DNA of 64,000 nucleotides from Lachnospiraceae bacterium (GCA_031556725.1 JAVBSL010000016.1:6364-70363), one strand, 5' to 3'. Counted from the first letter of the stretch, positions 11,285-20,498 are shown. The notes: generated by a model from the letters alone, not told the origin. Program-made: numbers and translations.

Positions 11285-13090
11285 CTATTTCTCCTTCTTT
11301 TCCAAGCTGATTGCACCAAACTTACAATTGCTCATGCAAAGTCCGCAGCCGTTACACATCACTTCATCGATTTCCACGGTACCGTCGGCGGCTTTTCTCA
11401 TGGCCGGACAGCCGGGAACCAGACACATGCTACACTTCTTACATTTCTCACGGTCTACTTTACATTTGCCCTTAGGCACAAAATCTTTTAAAAGAGCACA
11501 GGGGGATTTAGCAATAATAACCGATACCGCCTCTCTTGCCACTTCCTGCTTAATGGTTTTCTCTAATTCTTCTATATCAAAAGCATCTACTTCATAAACA
11601 TGCTCAATGCCCAGTGATTTACACAGGTTCATGATATTGATCATGTAGGTTCTATCGCCCATCAGGGTTTTTCCGGTAGCCGCGTGATCCTGATGGCCGG
11701 TCATCCCGGTAGTTGAATTGTCAAGGATCATTACCGTTCCGGTAGCATTGTTGTAAACCATATTCATCAGTGAATTAATGCCCGTATGCAGGAAGGTGGA
11801 GTCACCGATTACTGCTACCCAGTCCTTTATGTACTCTCTGCCTTTGGCCTTTTCCATTCCATGTAGAGTAGAAATGCTGGCACCCATACAAACCGTGGTA
11901 TCTACAACATTCAAAGGAGCCACCGCCCCTAGCGTATAGCAGCCGATATCACCGGCGGCATGAATCTTTAATTTTTTAAGTACCGAATAAGTACTTCTGT
12001 GAGGACAGCCGGGACAAAGGATCGGCGGCCTGCCAGGTACACTTGCCGGTACGTCGAATTCCGTTTTTTCACCTAAAATGGCACCTTTAATCATTCGTAC
12101 ACTATATTCACCCTGAACGGTAAATATTTCCTTACCGATAGCTGCGATTCCCCAGGATTTTACCTGTTCTTCGATAACCGGTTCTAATTCTTCCACGATA
12201 TATAGCTTATCCACCTTAGCGGCAAATTCTTCAATCAATTTCCGGGGCAGGGGATGTACCAGGCCCAACTTCAAAATGCTGGCTTCGGGAAGGGCTTCCT
12301 TCACATATTGGTAAGGAATACCGCTTGTAATAACACCGATCTTAGTATCCTTGTACTCTACTTTATTCAGATCAAGAGTATTGGCATCTTCTGCCATTCT
12401 TTTCAGCCGTTCTTCCACAACTACATGACGTTTAATGGCATTACCCGGCATCATAACATTTTTGGCAACATCTCTGGTGTAAGACTTATCTTCCACTTCT
12501 ACTCGTTCTTCCAGATTCACAAACCCTTGTGAATGAGCCAGACGAGTTGTGGTCCGCACAATGATCGGAGTGTCATACTCCTCTGAAAATTCAAAAGCAC
12601 GTTTGGTAAATACTCTGGCTTCTTCACTGTCGGAAGGCTCTAACACCGGTACCATGGCAGCTCTTGCCACCATTCGGGTATCCTGTTCATTCTGAGAACT
12701 GTATATCCCCGGATCGTCAGCCGCTACCAGTACCAAACCGCCGTTCACACCGCTGTAAGATGCCGTATATAATGGATCGGAGGCCACATTAACACCCACG
12801 TGCTTCATGGAAACCAACGCACGCACGCCGCTCTGGGAAGCTCCGATAGCCACCTCCATGGCAACCTTTTCATTAGGGGACCACTCAGCATACAATTCGT
12901 CCTTATATTTAATAATATTCTCGCTGATTTCTGTACTGGGAGTACCGGGATAAGCCGCCGATACCTTTACGCCCGCTTCATAGGCACCTCTGGCAATGGC
13001 TGCATTGCCCAGCATAATTTCAGTCGTATTTGCAATTTCTTTACTCAAAACATTTCCACCTTTCGTAAAATAATATTGATTTTCAAACAT
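11285..13090 (-). CDS. iorA: Indolepyruvate:ferredoxin oxidoreductase subunit alpha
   Basis: 601 aa with a TPP-binding domain plus a C-terminal 2x[4Fe-4S] ferredoxin motif (CKKCSMCLVPGCPA...CNGCGLCMSNC). Confidence 0.9.
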   Translation of the reverse strand: MFENQYYFTKGGNVLSKEIANTTEIMLGNAAIARGAYEAGVKVSAAYPGTPSTEISENIIKYKDELYAEWSPNEKVAMEVAIGASQSGVRALVSMKHVGVNVASDPLYTASYSGVNGGLVLVAADDPGIYSSQNEQDTRMVARAAMVPVLEPSDSEEARVFTKRAFEFSEEYDTPIIVRTTTRLAHSQGFVNLEERVEVEDKSYTRDVAKNVMMPGNAIKRHVVVEERLKRMAEDANTLDLNKVEYKDTKIGVITSGIPYQYVKEALPEASILKLGLVHPLPRKLIEEFAAKVDKLYIVEELEPVIEEQVKSWGIAAIGKEIFTVQGEYSVRMIKGAILGEKTEFDVPASVPGRPPILCPGCPHRSTYSVLKKLKIHAAGDIGCYTLGAVAPLNVVDTTVCMGASISTLHGMEKAKGREYIKDWVAVIGDSTFLHTGINSLMNMVYNNATGTVMILDNSTTGMTGHQDHAATGKTLMGDRTYMINIMNLCKSLGIEHVYEVDAFDIEELEKTIKQEVAREAVSVIIAKSPCALLKDFVPKGKCKVDREKCKKCSMCLVPGCPAMRKAADGTVEIDEVMCNGCGLCMSNCKFGAISLEKKEK

Positions 13091-13098
13091 TCCTTACT

Positions 13099-13144
13099 AT
13101 CATATCACAGATTACTTTCCATGAAAACATTTTTGTGATATGAT
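13099..13144. promoter_or_regulatory. 11-bp perfect inverted repeat ATCATATCACA-N24-TGTGATATGAT in the divergent iorA / thioesterase promoter region
   Basis: Read directly. The candidate operator role is inference only. Confidence 0.35.
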
Positions 13145-13193
13145 TTTATTACATGTTTTGGAAAATATTTGTGTAAAAAGGAGTTATTAAAAT

Positions 13194-13670
13194 ATGAGAC
13201 CCACCAGACCAATCGATTATTCCCGGACCGAACAGGTCCATTTTCTGCGTTATGAAGATATCAACGGCGAAGGACGCCTTTTTGGTGGTAAACTGGTAGC
13301 CTGGATCGATGAGGTGGGCGGTATTACCGCCAGACGCCATACCAGTATGAAAGTAACCACCGCCGCCATTGATCACTTGCAATTCAAAAGTCCCGCTTAC
13401 CTAAACCAGTTAGTGGTAGTAACAGGACATGTAACCTATGTGGGCAGTAGTTCCGTGGAAGTTCGTGTTGATACCTATCTGGAGGAATTAGACGGCACCC
13501 GGCGTCCTATGAACCGGGCCTATGTGACGATGGTGGCATTGGATGAAAATGACAAACCTGCTCCCATTCCTTTTGATATTGCAATTGACAGCGAAGGGGC
13601 TAAGGGCGAATGGGAAAGTGCTTTAAAAAGAGTAGAATTAAGAAAGCAAAGACGGTTAGAAGGATTTTAA
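13194..13670 (+). CDS. Acyl-CoA thioesterase (hotdog fold, YciA/Acot-like)
   Basis: 158 aa; HANxxGxxFGG-like GEGRLFGGKLVAWIDEVGG and the hotdog pattern. Confidence 0.8.
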   Translation: MRPTRPIDYSRTEQVHFLRYEDINGEGRLFGGKLVAWIDEVGGITARRHTSMKVTTAAIDHLQFKSPAYLNQLVVVTGHVTYVGSSSVEVRVDTYLEELDGTRRPMNRAYVTMVALDENDKPAPIPFDIAIDSEGAKGEWESALKRVELRKQRRLEGF

Positions 13671-13671
13671 T

Positions 13672-13722
13672 AAAATCAGAGGATGCCGCAAAGTAAAGTA
13701 ACGCGGCATCCTCTGATTTTTA
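13672..13722. terminator. Bidirectional terminator between convergent genes
   Basis: Perfect 15-bp stem atcagaggatgccgc / gcggcatcctctgat with a flanking A-run and T-run. Confidence 0.7.
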
Positions 13723-14340
13723 CTATACACGTTGTATATATTTCCCTGTAATTTGATGCACCTGTGCATCCGGATCGATAAAGAGAACTCCGTTACAATC
13801 CACTCTGTCAATCTGACACTTGGGACCGATAGTGATATCACTACCGTTTACAGTCTCTGCAATGACTCCAATTAATTCTACCTTGGTCGCCTCCACCAGA
13901 TTCACCGTGGAATATTTCTTGGTAAAAGTACTGAGTATCTTGGCAAGTGTACTGACTCGTGAGCGGATGGTCACACTGTCACCCACCACTTCTCTGGCAC
14001 AGATAAAACCATCGGCATGGATTCGATCAGCTGAAATCTCTCCATCAATATTAATAACTCCTGTACAATCAATCTCCGTTGCCTCTATCTTATTATCATG
14101 GCTGACACTCATAACCCCTGTCACTTCCACTTTTCGTACATTAACACCATTGCGAAAATCCGATACGCCGGCACAATGAAGTAACTCAGCTTTTATTCCT
14201 CCTGAACAGTTCAAAACCCCATTCACACTAACTTCTTCGGCCTGAATATCCCCGGGGCAATTGTATACCCCATCTATTGACAAAATGCTGTATTCTCCGC
14301 TTCCGATTACACCTACTCCTTTAAAAGTTCCTGACTGCAT
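13723..14340 (-). CDS. Bactofilin-like / polymer-forming cytoskeletal family protein (YhbE/YhbF-like)
   Basis: 205 aa of degenerate beta-helix-type repeats (G.I.a..v.v.G...). It pairs with a YhbD-like gene, as in the B. subtilis yhbDEF locus. Confidence 0.55.
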   Translation of the reverse strand: MQSGTFKGVGVIGSGEYSILSIDGVYNCPGDIQAEEVSVNGVLNCSGGIKAELLHCAGVSDFRNGVNVRKVEVTGVMSVSHDNKIEATEIDCTGVINIDGEISADRIHADGFICAREVVGDSVTIRSRVSTLAKILSTFTKKYSTVNLVEATKVELIGVIAETVNGSDITIGPKCQIDRVDCNGVLFIDPDAQVHQITGKYIQRV

Positions 14341-14358
14341 ATTATTTCCTCCAATTAT

Positions 14359-14982
14359 TCAATGTAATAAGTGACTATAATTCACTTTAATATTGCTCAT
14401 AACCTGATCCAGTGTCATCGTTTCTACTAAGGATATCCCCGTGTCAAAAATCACCTCACTGCCTTCCCCGGCAAATGCCATGTGATATTTTCCATCTGCC
14501 ATAAAGAAAGCGCAATTAAATACCCCACCTTTTTGTTTCAATACCCCTGGCAGCGTCCGTTCTACCAAATCCACACTCTCCTCAGCATTAAGTTCCGCCT
14601 TACTGCTGATCCCCGAAAGCAACATCAGAAAAGCAACATCCGGTATCCGAAAGGTTTCCTGCATGGTCAAAGCAAGCACCCGCTCTAACACCTCCCGATT
14701 TATCTCCTTCACCAAGTCCAAATCTTCCCGGTAAATACAAGCCGTCACATCCGGCTCCAGCATCTTCGACAATTCCTCCAGCGAATAATTATCCTTAAGC
14801 TTCATTATCGCTCCAACCCTGGCAATAATCTGCTCCCGCGGAAAAAAGGTCTCCTGCCCCGTATAAGCAGACTGCTTCATAAACCACTCCTCCGGAATCA
14901 ACCTCTCCCTTTTCCACCTATACAACTGCCCATACGAAATTCCCATCAACTCTAAAAGTTCCTTCTTAGATATCATTTCCAC
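14359..14982 (-). CDS. DUF4004 / YhbD-like protein with N-terminal MerR-type HTH
   Basis: 207 aa. The N-terminus KKELLELMGISYGQLYRWKRERLIPEEWF...GQETFFPREQI matches the YhbD-type pattern as I recall it. Confidence 0.55.
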   Translation of the reverse strand: MEMISKKELLELMGISYGQLYRWKRERLIPEEWFMKQSAYTGQETFFPREQIIARVGAIMKLKDNYSLEELSKMLEPDVTACIYREDLDLVKEINREVLERVLALTMQETFRIPDVAFLMLLSGISSKAELNAEESVDLVERTLPGVLKQKGGVFNCAFFMADGKYHMAFAGEGSEVIFDTGISLVETMTLDQVMSNIKVNYSHLLH

Positions 14983-15000
14983 TCAAGCACCTCCTCGAAA

Positions 15001-15040
15001 CAATGTTTTGTTCTATCGTCTCAAGTGTAACAAAACATTG
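15001..15040. promoter_or_regulatory. 12-bp perfect inverted repeat CAATGTTTTGTT-N16-AACAAAACATTG just upstream of the YhbD-like gene
   Basis: Read directly, beginning 19 nt upstream of the start codon at 14982. A role as operator or promoter element is inferred. Confidence 0.35.
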
Positions 15041-15070
15041 TTCCATTGTCAACACTTTTATGAAAAATAA

Positions 15071-15150
15071 AAAATGCGAAATGTCCGTCAGTATCAGACA
15101 CAATTTCCAAGTGTCTGATAATGGCGTACATTTCGCATTTTATTGTTTTT
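15071..15150 (-). terminator. Long-stem terminator downstream of ilvE
   Basis: An imperfect stem of about 28 bp (atgcgaaatgtccgtcagtatcagacac / gtgtctgataatggcgtacatttcgcat), flanked by an A-run and a T-run. Confidence 0.65.
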
Positions 15151-15225
15151 TCTTCGGTGTGCGAGAAGTATGTTATGTACTGACCGGCGGCAGTTTTTTC
15201 ATCTTGCAGGACGGCTGCCTTCCCC

Positions 15226-15270
15226 GGCTTTCACAACCTTGCTTTTCACAACCTCGCTTTTCACAACCTC
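15226..15270. repeat. Tandem direct repeat, 3 x 15 bp (ggctttcacaacctt gcttttcacaacctc gcttttcacaacctc)
   Basis: Read directly. It abuts the ilvE stop codon (TGA, 15271-15269). Confidence 0.8.
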
Positions 15271-16339
15271 ACTTTACTTCCGTAACCCACCCCTCGGGTC
15301 CTTCGATCTTTCCTAATTGAATACCGGTTAAAGTATCATACAGCTTCTGGGTCAATTCCCCGATACCGCCATCGGCAATCTGCACCACTTCATCACCTTC
15401 TCGAAGATGACCTACAGGCGATACTACTGCTGCCGTTCCGGTTCCCCATACTTCTTCCAGTTCACCGCTCTTGGCCGCTTCAAACAATTCTTCTGCTGCG
15501 ATTTTTCGCTCCTCTACTTCATATCCCCACTGCTTACATAGCTCGATGCAGCTTCGTCTGGTAATACCGGGCAAAATACTGCCATTCAATACCGGAGTCA
15601 CCACTTTACCATTAATCTTAAAGAAGATGTTCATCGCTCCAACTTCTTCAATATATTTCCGTTCCACGCCATCTAACCACAGAACCTGTGAATATCCCGC
15701 CTCATGAGCCTTTACCTGCGCTTTCAGACTGGCTACATAATTGGCACCTGCCTTAGCTTCTCCCAAACCGCCCCGGACAGCCCGGACATATTCTGCTTCA
15801 ATCCATATTTTCACCGGATTCAAGCCTTCCGGATAATAAGCTCCTACCGGTGACAGAATAACTATAAATTTATACCGATTGGAAGGTCTTACCCCCAGAA
15901 AAGGATCGGTAGCAATAATAAACGGTCTGATATATAACGAAGTTCCCGGATTGGTGGGAATCCATGCTGCATCCAGTTTCACCAAATCCTTGATGGCCTG
16001 CACATAGTCCTCTTCCGGAATGGTGGGAATACAGATTCTTTCACAAGTATCATTAGAACGTCTGGCATTGCACTCCGGACGAAACAGCAATATTCTTCCA
16101 TCTTCGGCTTTATAGGCCTTCAAGCCTTCAAACAGCTCCTGTCCATAATGAAATACCATTGAAGATGGGTCCATGGCCAATGGTCCATAAGGAACAATTC
16201 TGGGATCAATCCAGCCCTTCCCCTCTTCATAGTCCATAATAAACATATGATCGGTAAAGATAGTACCGAAAGTTAACGGATTATCTGCCGCCGGCAAAGG
16301 TTTCGGATCAGTATTTTTTTCAATTCTGATGTTCAACAT
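15269..16339 (-). CDS. ilvE: Branched-chain amino acid aminotransferase
   Basis: 356 aa, class IV aminotransferase pattern (FEGLKAY...; EAKAGANY; GITR). Confidence 0.9.
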   Translation of the reverse strand: MLNIRIEKNTDPKPLPAADNPLTFGTIFTDHMFIMDYEEGKGWIDPRIVPYGPLAMDPSSMVFHYGQELFEGLKAYKAEDGRILLFRPECNARRSNDTCERICIPTIPEEDYVQAIKDLVKLDAAWIPTNPGTSLYIRPFIIATDPFLGVRPSNRYKFIVILSPVGAYYPEGLNPVKIWIEAEYVRAVRGGLGEAKAGANYVASLKAQVKAHEAGYSQVLWLDGVERKYIEEVGAMNIFFKINGKVVTPVLNGSILPGITRRSCIELCKQWGYEVEERKIAAEELFEAAKSGELEEVWGTGTAAVVSPVGHLREGDEVVQIADGGIGELTQKLYDTLTGIQLGKIEGPEGWVTEVK

Positions 16340-16363
16340 AATTATTCACTCCTCCATTGCATT

Positions 16364-16855
16364 TTACTTCACTCTTTCATACTTTACAAACGCATAAGTA
16401 ATATCAAAATAGGTCTGTTCATCACTATCCGCAGTAATTTGCCACTCTTTGGATTCATCCAGATTGGGAAAATAAGCATCGGCTGCATAAGCATGATCGA
16501 TCTTGGTTATATGTGCCACATCACAATATGGCAACATTTGTTTGTAGATACTTTCCCCGCCAATAATGTAAACATCTTCTGTTGGATAGTTCTGCAATTC
16601 CTCCCGCAGTTCTTCCAGACTATGCACCACCACTGCACCTTTCACCTGATAATCAAGATTAGCAGACAATATAATGTTGGTTCGATTCTGCAAAGGCTGT
16701 TTTTGGGGGAAAGTCTCCAAGGTCTTTCTTCCTAACACCACTACCTTCCCGGTAGTTTCTTCGCGGAAGAACTTATGATCTGCCGGAATTCTGATCAGCA
16801 AATCATTTTTATTGCCAATGGCCCAATTTTCATCTACTGCTGTAATTATATTCAT
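16364..16855 (-). CDS. folA: Dihydrofolate reductase
   Basis: 163 aa; MNIITAVDENWAIGNKNDLL, GRKT, IIGG motifs. Adjacent to thyA. Confidence 0.9.
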   Translation of the reverse strand: MNIITAVDENWAIGNKNDLLIRIPADHKFFREETTGKVVVLGRKTLETFPQKQPLQNRTNIILSANLDYQVKGAVVVHSLEELREELQNYPTEDVYIIGGESIYKQMLPYCDVAHITKIDHAYAADAYFPNLDESKEWQITADSDEQTYFDITYAFVKYERVK

Positions 16856-16876
16856 ATTATTTTAAACTTCCTTTAT

Positions 16877-17725
16877 TTAAATTGCAATAGGTATATTCTC
16901 AATTTGCGGACCGGTTTCATAATTTTCCACCCGCACATCATTTCTGGTAAACTCATAAAAATCCTTCACATCCGGATTCAGCCAGAAATCCGGAGCCTGT
17001 CCCGGCACCCGCGTAATCAATTCCTTAATAATCGGGATATGCCGGTCATAAATGTGCGCATCGGCTATTACATGAACCAGTTCTCCCACATTCATATCGC
17101 ATACCTGCGCCAGCATATGAACCAAAACCGCATACTGCACTACATTCCAGTTATTGGCCGCCAGCACATCCTGAGACCGTTGATTTAACACTGCATTCAG
17201 GGTTAACCTGTCTTCACCCTTTTTCTGGGTCACATTAAAAGTCATACTGTAAGCGCAGGGGTACAGATTCATCTCATGGAGATCCTGATGGACATAAATA
17301 TTTGTAATAATCCGGCGGCTAAAGGGATTGTTCTTCAAGTCATAAATCACCCGGTCCACCTGATCCATCATACCTTCTCTGTATTGATGTTTCACACCCA
17401 ACTGATAGCCGTAAGCCTTACCGATAGATCCTTCCTGATCTGCCCATTCGTCCCAGATATGACTGTGCAGATCATTGATATTATTGGATTTAGCCTGCCA
17501 GATCCAAAGCATTTCATCGGTAGCACTCTTTAAAGCGGTCCGCCGCAAGGTCAAAAGCGGAAACTCTTTTGCCAGGTCATAGCGGTTCACTATTCCAAAC
17601 TTTTTAATAGTATAGGCCGGTGTTCCATCCTCCCAGTGCGGGCGCACCTTTTCCCCTTCGGTACTTGTCCCATTATCTAATATATCCTTACACATATCGA
17701 TAAAAATGTGATCTGCTAAACTCAT
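16877..17725 (-). CDS. thyA: Thymidylate synthase (ThyA)
   Basis: ThyA motifs are present (RRIITNIY..., CAYSMTF, LNQRSQD). The track ORF (to 17926) overlaps the upstream gene. I place the start at MSLADH (ATG 17725) with agagg 7 nt upstream; the ATG at 17731 is an alternative. Confidence 0.9.
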   Translation of the reverse strand: MSLADHIFIDMCKDILDNGTSTEGEKVRPHWEDGTPAYTIKKFGIVNRYDLAKEFPLLTLRRTALKSATDEMLWIWQAKSNNINDLHSHIWDEWADQEGSIGKAYGYQLGVKHQYREGMMDQVDRVIYDLKNNPFSRRIITNIYVHQDLHEMNLYPCAYSMTFNVTQKKGEDRLTLNAVLNQRSQDVLAANNWNVVQYAVLVHMLAQVCDMNVGELVHVIADAHIYDRHIPIIKELITRVPGQAPDFWLNPDVKDFYEFTRNDVRVENYETGPQIENIPIAI

Positions 17726-17735
17726 CCTCATACCT

Positions 17736-19337
17736 CTAATCCCTGTCCCATTTATCACACAAAGAGTTAATCTGATCGGCAAATTTCGCCAAATCCTTAT
17801 TGGCAACACCCTCATTCTTACGAATAACAGCCACCAGTCTCTGACCTGCTGCCACCAGTCTGTTAAATACTTCAGAAATAGCTTTCGCCTTCTTCTGCAG
17901 ATAAACCGGTGCTGCTTCATATTCAAAAGTACCTGTCAGCAAGTTAAAACGGGTACCGCTATAAGGCGCATAAGCATCAATATCATACTCATTGTTCAGG
18001 CACTCTGCAAAGCTTTCGCTGACACTGTCCTCACCATGAACCACAAATACCTTCGCCGGCTTTTCTTCAAAACCGCCAACCCACTCAAGCAAACCCTCTT
18101 TATCCGCATGACCGGAAAGTCCTGCTAAAGTCTTGATCTGAGCACGAATCCCGATAGGTTCACCAAACAGCTTTACTTCTTCCGCTCCGTCTACGATGGT
18201 TCGTCCCAGCGTTCCCATAGCCTGGTATCCCACAAATAAAATCACACATTCCGGACGCCATAAATTATGTTTCAGATGATGCCTGATCCGGCCTGCTTCA
18301 CACATGCCCGATGCCGAAATAATGACCTTGGGTTCATTGTCAAAGTTAATCGCTTTAGACTCATCACTGGTAATAGATAAACGCAAACCCGGAAACGCAA
18401 TGGGATTAATACCCTGCCGTACCAGCGCAATGGCCTCATCATCAAAGCATCCCCATTCATTTTTATGGAAAATACCGGTAGCCTCTACCGCCAGAGGGCT
18501 GTCCACATATACCTCAAATCCATCATGCCCTTTGATTAGCCGGCCTTCCTTTATCTTTCTTAAAAAGTAAAGAATCTCCTGGGTCCTGCCAACGGCAAAA
18601 GAGGGTATTACCAGATTACCTCCTTTGTCAAAAGTGCTTTGAATAATCTCTGCTAATGAGCCCACATAATCCAAACGATCCTTGTCATGAAAACGATCGC
18701 CATAGGTGGATTCCATAATAACATAATCCGCTTCCGTCGTTTTCGCCGGATTTTTAATTAAAGGCTGATTTTTATTACCAATATCCCCTGAAAAAACTAT
18801 CTTCTTGGTATCTTTCTCTTCCGTCACCCACACTTCAATGCTGGAAGAACCAAGCAAATGACCAATATCTGTAAATCGAATCTTGATGCCTTCACTTAAT
18901 TCTACTTCATTGCCATAACGGCAAGGCACCAAACGCTTAATAACACCGTCTGCATCCTCCATGGTATATAGCGGTTCAACACTTTCCTGGATGGAATTTC
19001 GCTTGGCTTTACGGCTCTTCCATTCTGCCTCCTGCATCTGGATGTGTGCACAGTCTCTTAGCATGATACTGCACAGATCCGCAGTGGCCTCTGTGGTCAT
19101 AATCTGCCCTCTGAATCCTCTGGAGTATAAATGCGGCAACATACCGGAATGATCCACATGGGCATGAGTCAGCAATACATAATCAATTAATGACTCCTGA
19201 ACAGGCAGTTCGCAATTTTCAAAAGCATTACGTCCCTGCTCCATCCCATAATCCACTAAAATATGTTTTCCGCACGCATTCAAATAAGTACAGCTCCCTG
19301 TTACTTCATGACAGGCACCTATAAAGACCAGCTTCAT
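17736..19337 (-). CDS. MBL-fold beta-CASP family ribonuclease/hydrolase
   Basis: 533 aa; HAHVDHSG metallo-beta-lactamase motif followed by beta-CASP and an RNA-specificity-like C-terminal region. Confidence 0.8.
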   Translation of the reverse strand: MKLVFIGACHEVTGSCTYLNACGKHILVDYGMEQGRNAFENCELPVQESLIDYVLLTHAHVDHSGMLPHLYSRGFRGQIMTTEATADLCSIMLRDCAHIQMQEAEWKSRKAKRNSIQESVEPLYTMEDADGVIKRLVPCRYGNEVELSEGIKIRFTDIGHLLGSSSIEVWVTEEKDTKKIVFSGDIGNKNQPLIKNPAKTTEADYVIMESTYGDRFHDKDRLDYVGSLAEIIQSTFDKGGNLVIPSFAVGRTQEILYFLRKIKEGRLIKGHDGFEVYVDSPLAVEATGIFHKNEWGCFDDEAIALVRQGINPIAFPGLRLSITSDESKAINFDNEPKVIISASGMCEAGRIRHHLKHNLWRPECVILFVGYQAMGTLGRTIVDGAEEVKLFGEPIGIRAQIKTLAGLSGHADKEGLLEWVGGFEEKPAKVFVVHGEDSVSESFAECLNNEYDIDAYAPYSGTRFNLLTGTFEYEAAPVYLQKKAKAISEVFNRLVAAGQRLVAVIRKNEGVANKDLAKFADQINSLCDKWDRD

Positions 19338-19357
19338 ATTATATTATCTCCCATTGT

Positions 19358-19633
19358 TTATTGCGTACTGCAAATCCAATAATCTGCGCCACCATACATC
19401 CCTTCTACTGCCCCTGCAAATAAATCTCTGTCTTCTTCACTCTCTCTGTCCCCATGAAAAAAGAAAAAATTTACATGGAATTTCTCTTCCACCTCTTTTT
19501 TCAGCCGCTCGCCCCCTTCCTTATCTGCGGCCATAAATGCAATGTTACATCCTTCCCTGGCCCGCTGCGTAAGAATCGCTGCTTCTCTTTCACAGTTGTC
19601 TCCAATTATCACACATACTTTGGATTGCTTCAT
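19358..19633 (-). CDS. Small hypothetical protein resembling the N-terminal third of a short-chain dehydrogenase with a degenerate glycine motif
   Basis: 91 aa. KVCVIIGDNCEREAAILTQRAREGCNIAF... aligns by eye to the SDR pattern K.ALVTGass.IG.aia..la.eGa.V, but the TGxxxGxG motif and the catalytic half are missing. Confidence 0.35.
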   Translation of the reverse strand: MKQSKVCVIIGDNCEREAAILTQRAREGCNIAFMAADKEGGERLKKEVEEKFHVNFFFFHGDRESEEDRDLFAGAVEGMYGGADYWICSTQ

Positions 19634-19664
19634 ATAAATTCCTCCTTGTACATTAGTATCTGTC

Positions 19665-20393
19665 CTACAACAGATATCTCCAAATCACATATAGTATCGT
19701 CAAATGTAATGGATAAACCAGATAAAAAACCATTTTAAGTTTAATTCCCCTTTTTCCATTGTAAAACCAAATCAAAATAAACGCCGGCAAACAATACGCT
19801 TCCCATAAAAAGGACAGATATCCGATCACCAGTGCCTGCAGACGTTTTTCCCGGAACAGATAAAATATTCCGATCAGCATAATACCTTTCCATCCGTAAT
19901 CGGTATCAAGGAATGCCGCTGCACAGCCGCCTGCTGTCCAGCATAGTATTTTCCCCATCCAAATGGTATGCCACTGCTTCAAACGATATCCCGCTTCATC
20001 CATCGCCCAGATAGTAATAAATCCTATAAATAGAGTAAAAAAAACGTTTCGCCATGATGCCAGATTTAAAAAAGCATACTTAAACGGTAATTCTGATATA
20101 AAAGCAAAAATCAATAACCTTGCTGCATATTTTATTTTATCGGAGGTATGGAAAAAACCCTCCACCAGTAAAAAGCAATAAATAGGAAATGCCGTTCTTC
20201 CGATGTTACGCAGACAATGATAAACAAATTCCCATTTTTCATATGTCATAACGTCCGGAACAAGATATCCCATCCCCGGAAGTCTTCGCCAAAGTGCCAG
20301 TCCTGTATGGTCTATAATCATACTGATTATGGCGATTATCTTTAAAGTACTCCCAGTCAAGCCAATATTTATAAAGCTCTTATGTTCCGTCAC
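19665..20393 (-). CDS. TraX family membrane protein
   Basis: 242 aa polytopic protein. The LKIIAIISMIIDHTG N-terminus is typical of TraX-family proteins. Confidence 0.6.
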   Translation of the reverse strand: MTEHKSFINIGLTGSTLKIIAIISMIIDHTGLALWRRLPGMGYLVPDVMTYEKWEFVYHCLRNIGRTAFPIYCFLLVEGFFHTSDKIKYAARLLIFAFISELPFKYAFLNLASWRNVFFTLFIGFITIWAMDEAGYRLKQWHTIWMGKILCWTAGGCAAAFLDTDYGWKGIMLIGIFYLFREKRLQALVIGYLSFLWEAYCLPAFILIWFYNGKRGIKLKMVFYLVYPLHLTILYVIWRYLL

Positions 20394-20498
20394 GCTACCA
20401 TTCCTTACTTCTCTATCTTTGCCACCGAATTTTTTTATTTATTGTCAAATTATACCACAGTTGAATATTATAAAGCAAACATTATAACAAGGTAAAAT

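Noticed and set aside
15180-15271. ilvE TGA read-through or selenocysteine recoding into the in-frame GCEK repeats.
   Set aside because: There is no SECIS-like hairpin immediately after the UGA, and IlvE is not a known selenoprotein. A plain non-coding tandem repeat is the simpler explanation.
15003-15320. A 105-aa plus-strand ORF across the ilvE/yhbD intergenic region.
   Set aside because: It spans a terminator hairpin and the tandem repeat, has no RBS, and its repetitive translation (SQPCFSQPRFSQPHF) is a by-product of the 15-bp repeat.
17726-17926. A 67-codon N-terminal extension of thyA in the track ORF.
   Set aside because: It overlaps the 3' end of the upstream beta-CASP gene and is Arg/Trp-rich with no ThyA homology. 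An ATG with an RBS at 17725 gives a normal-length ThyA.
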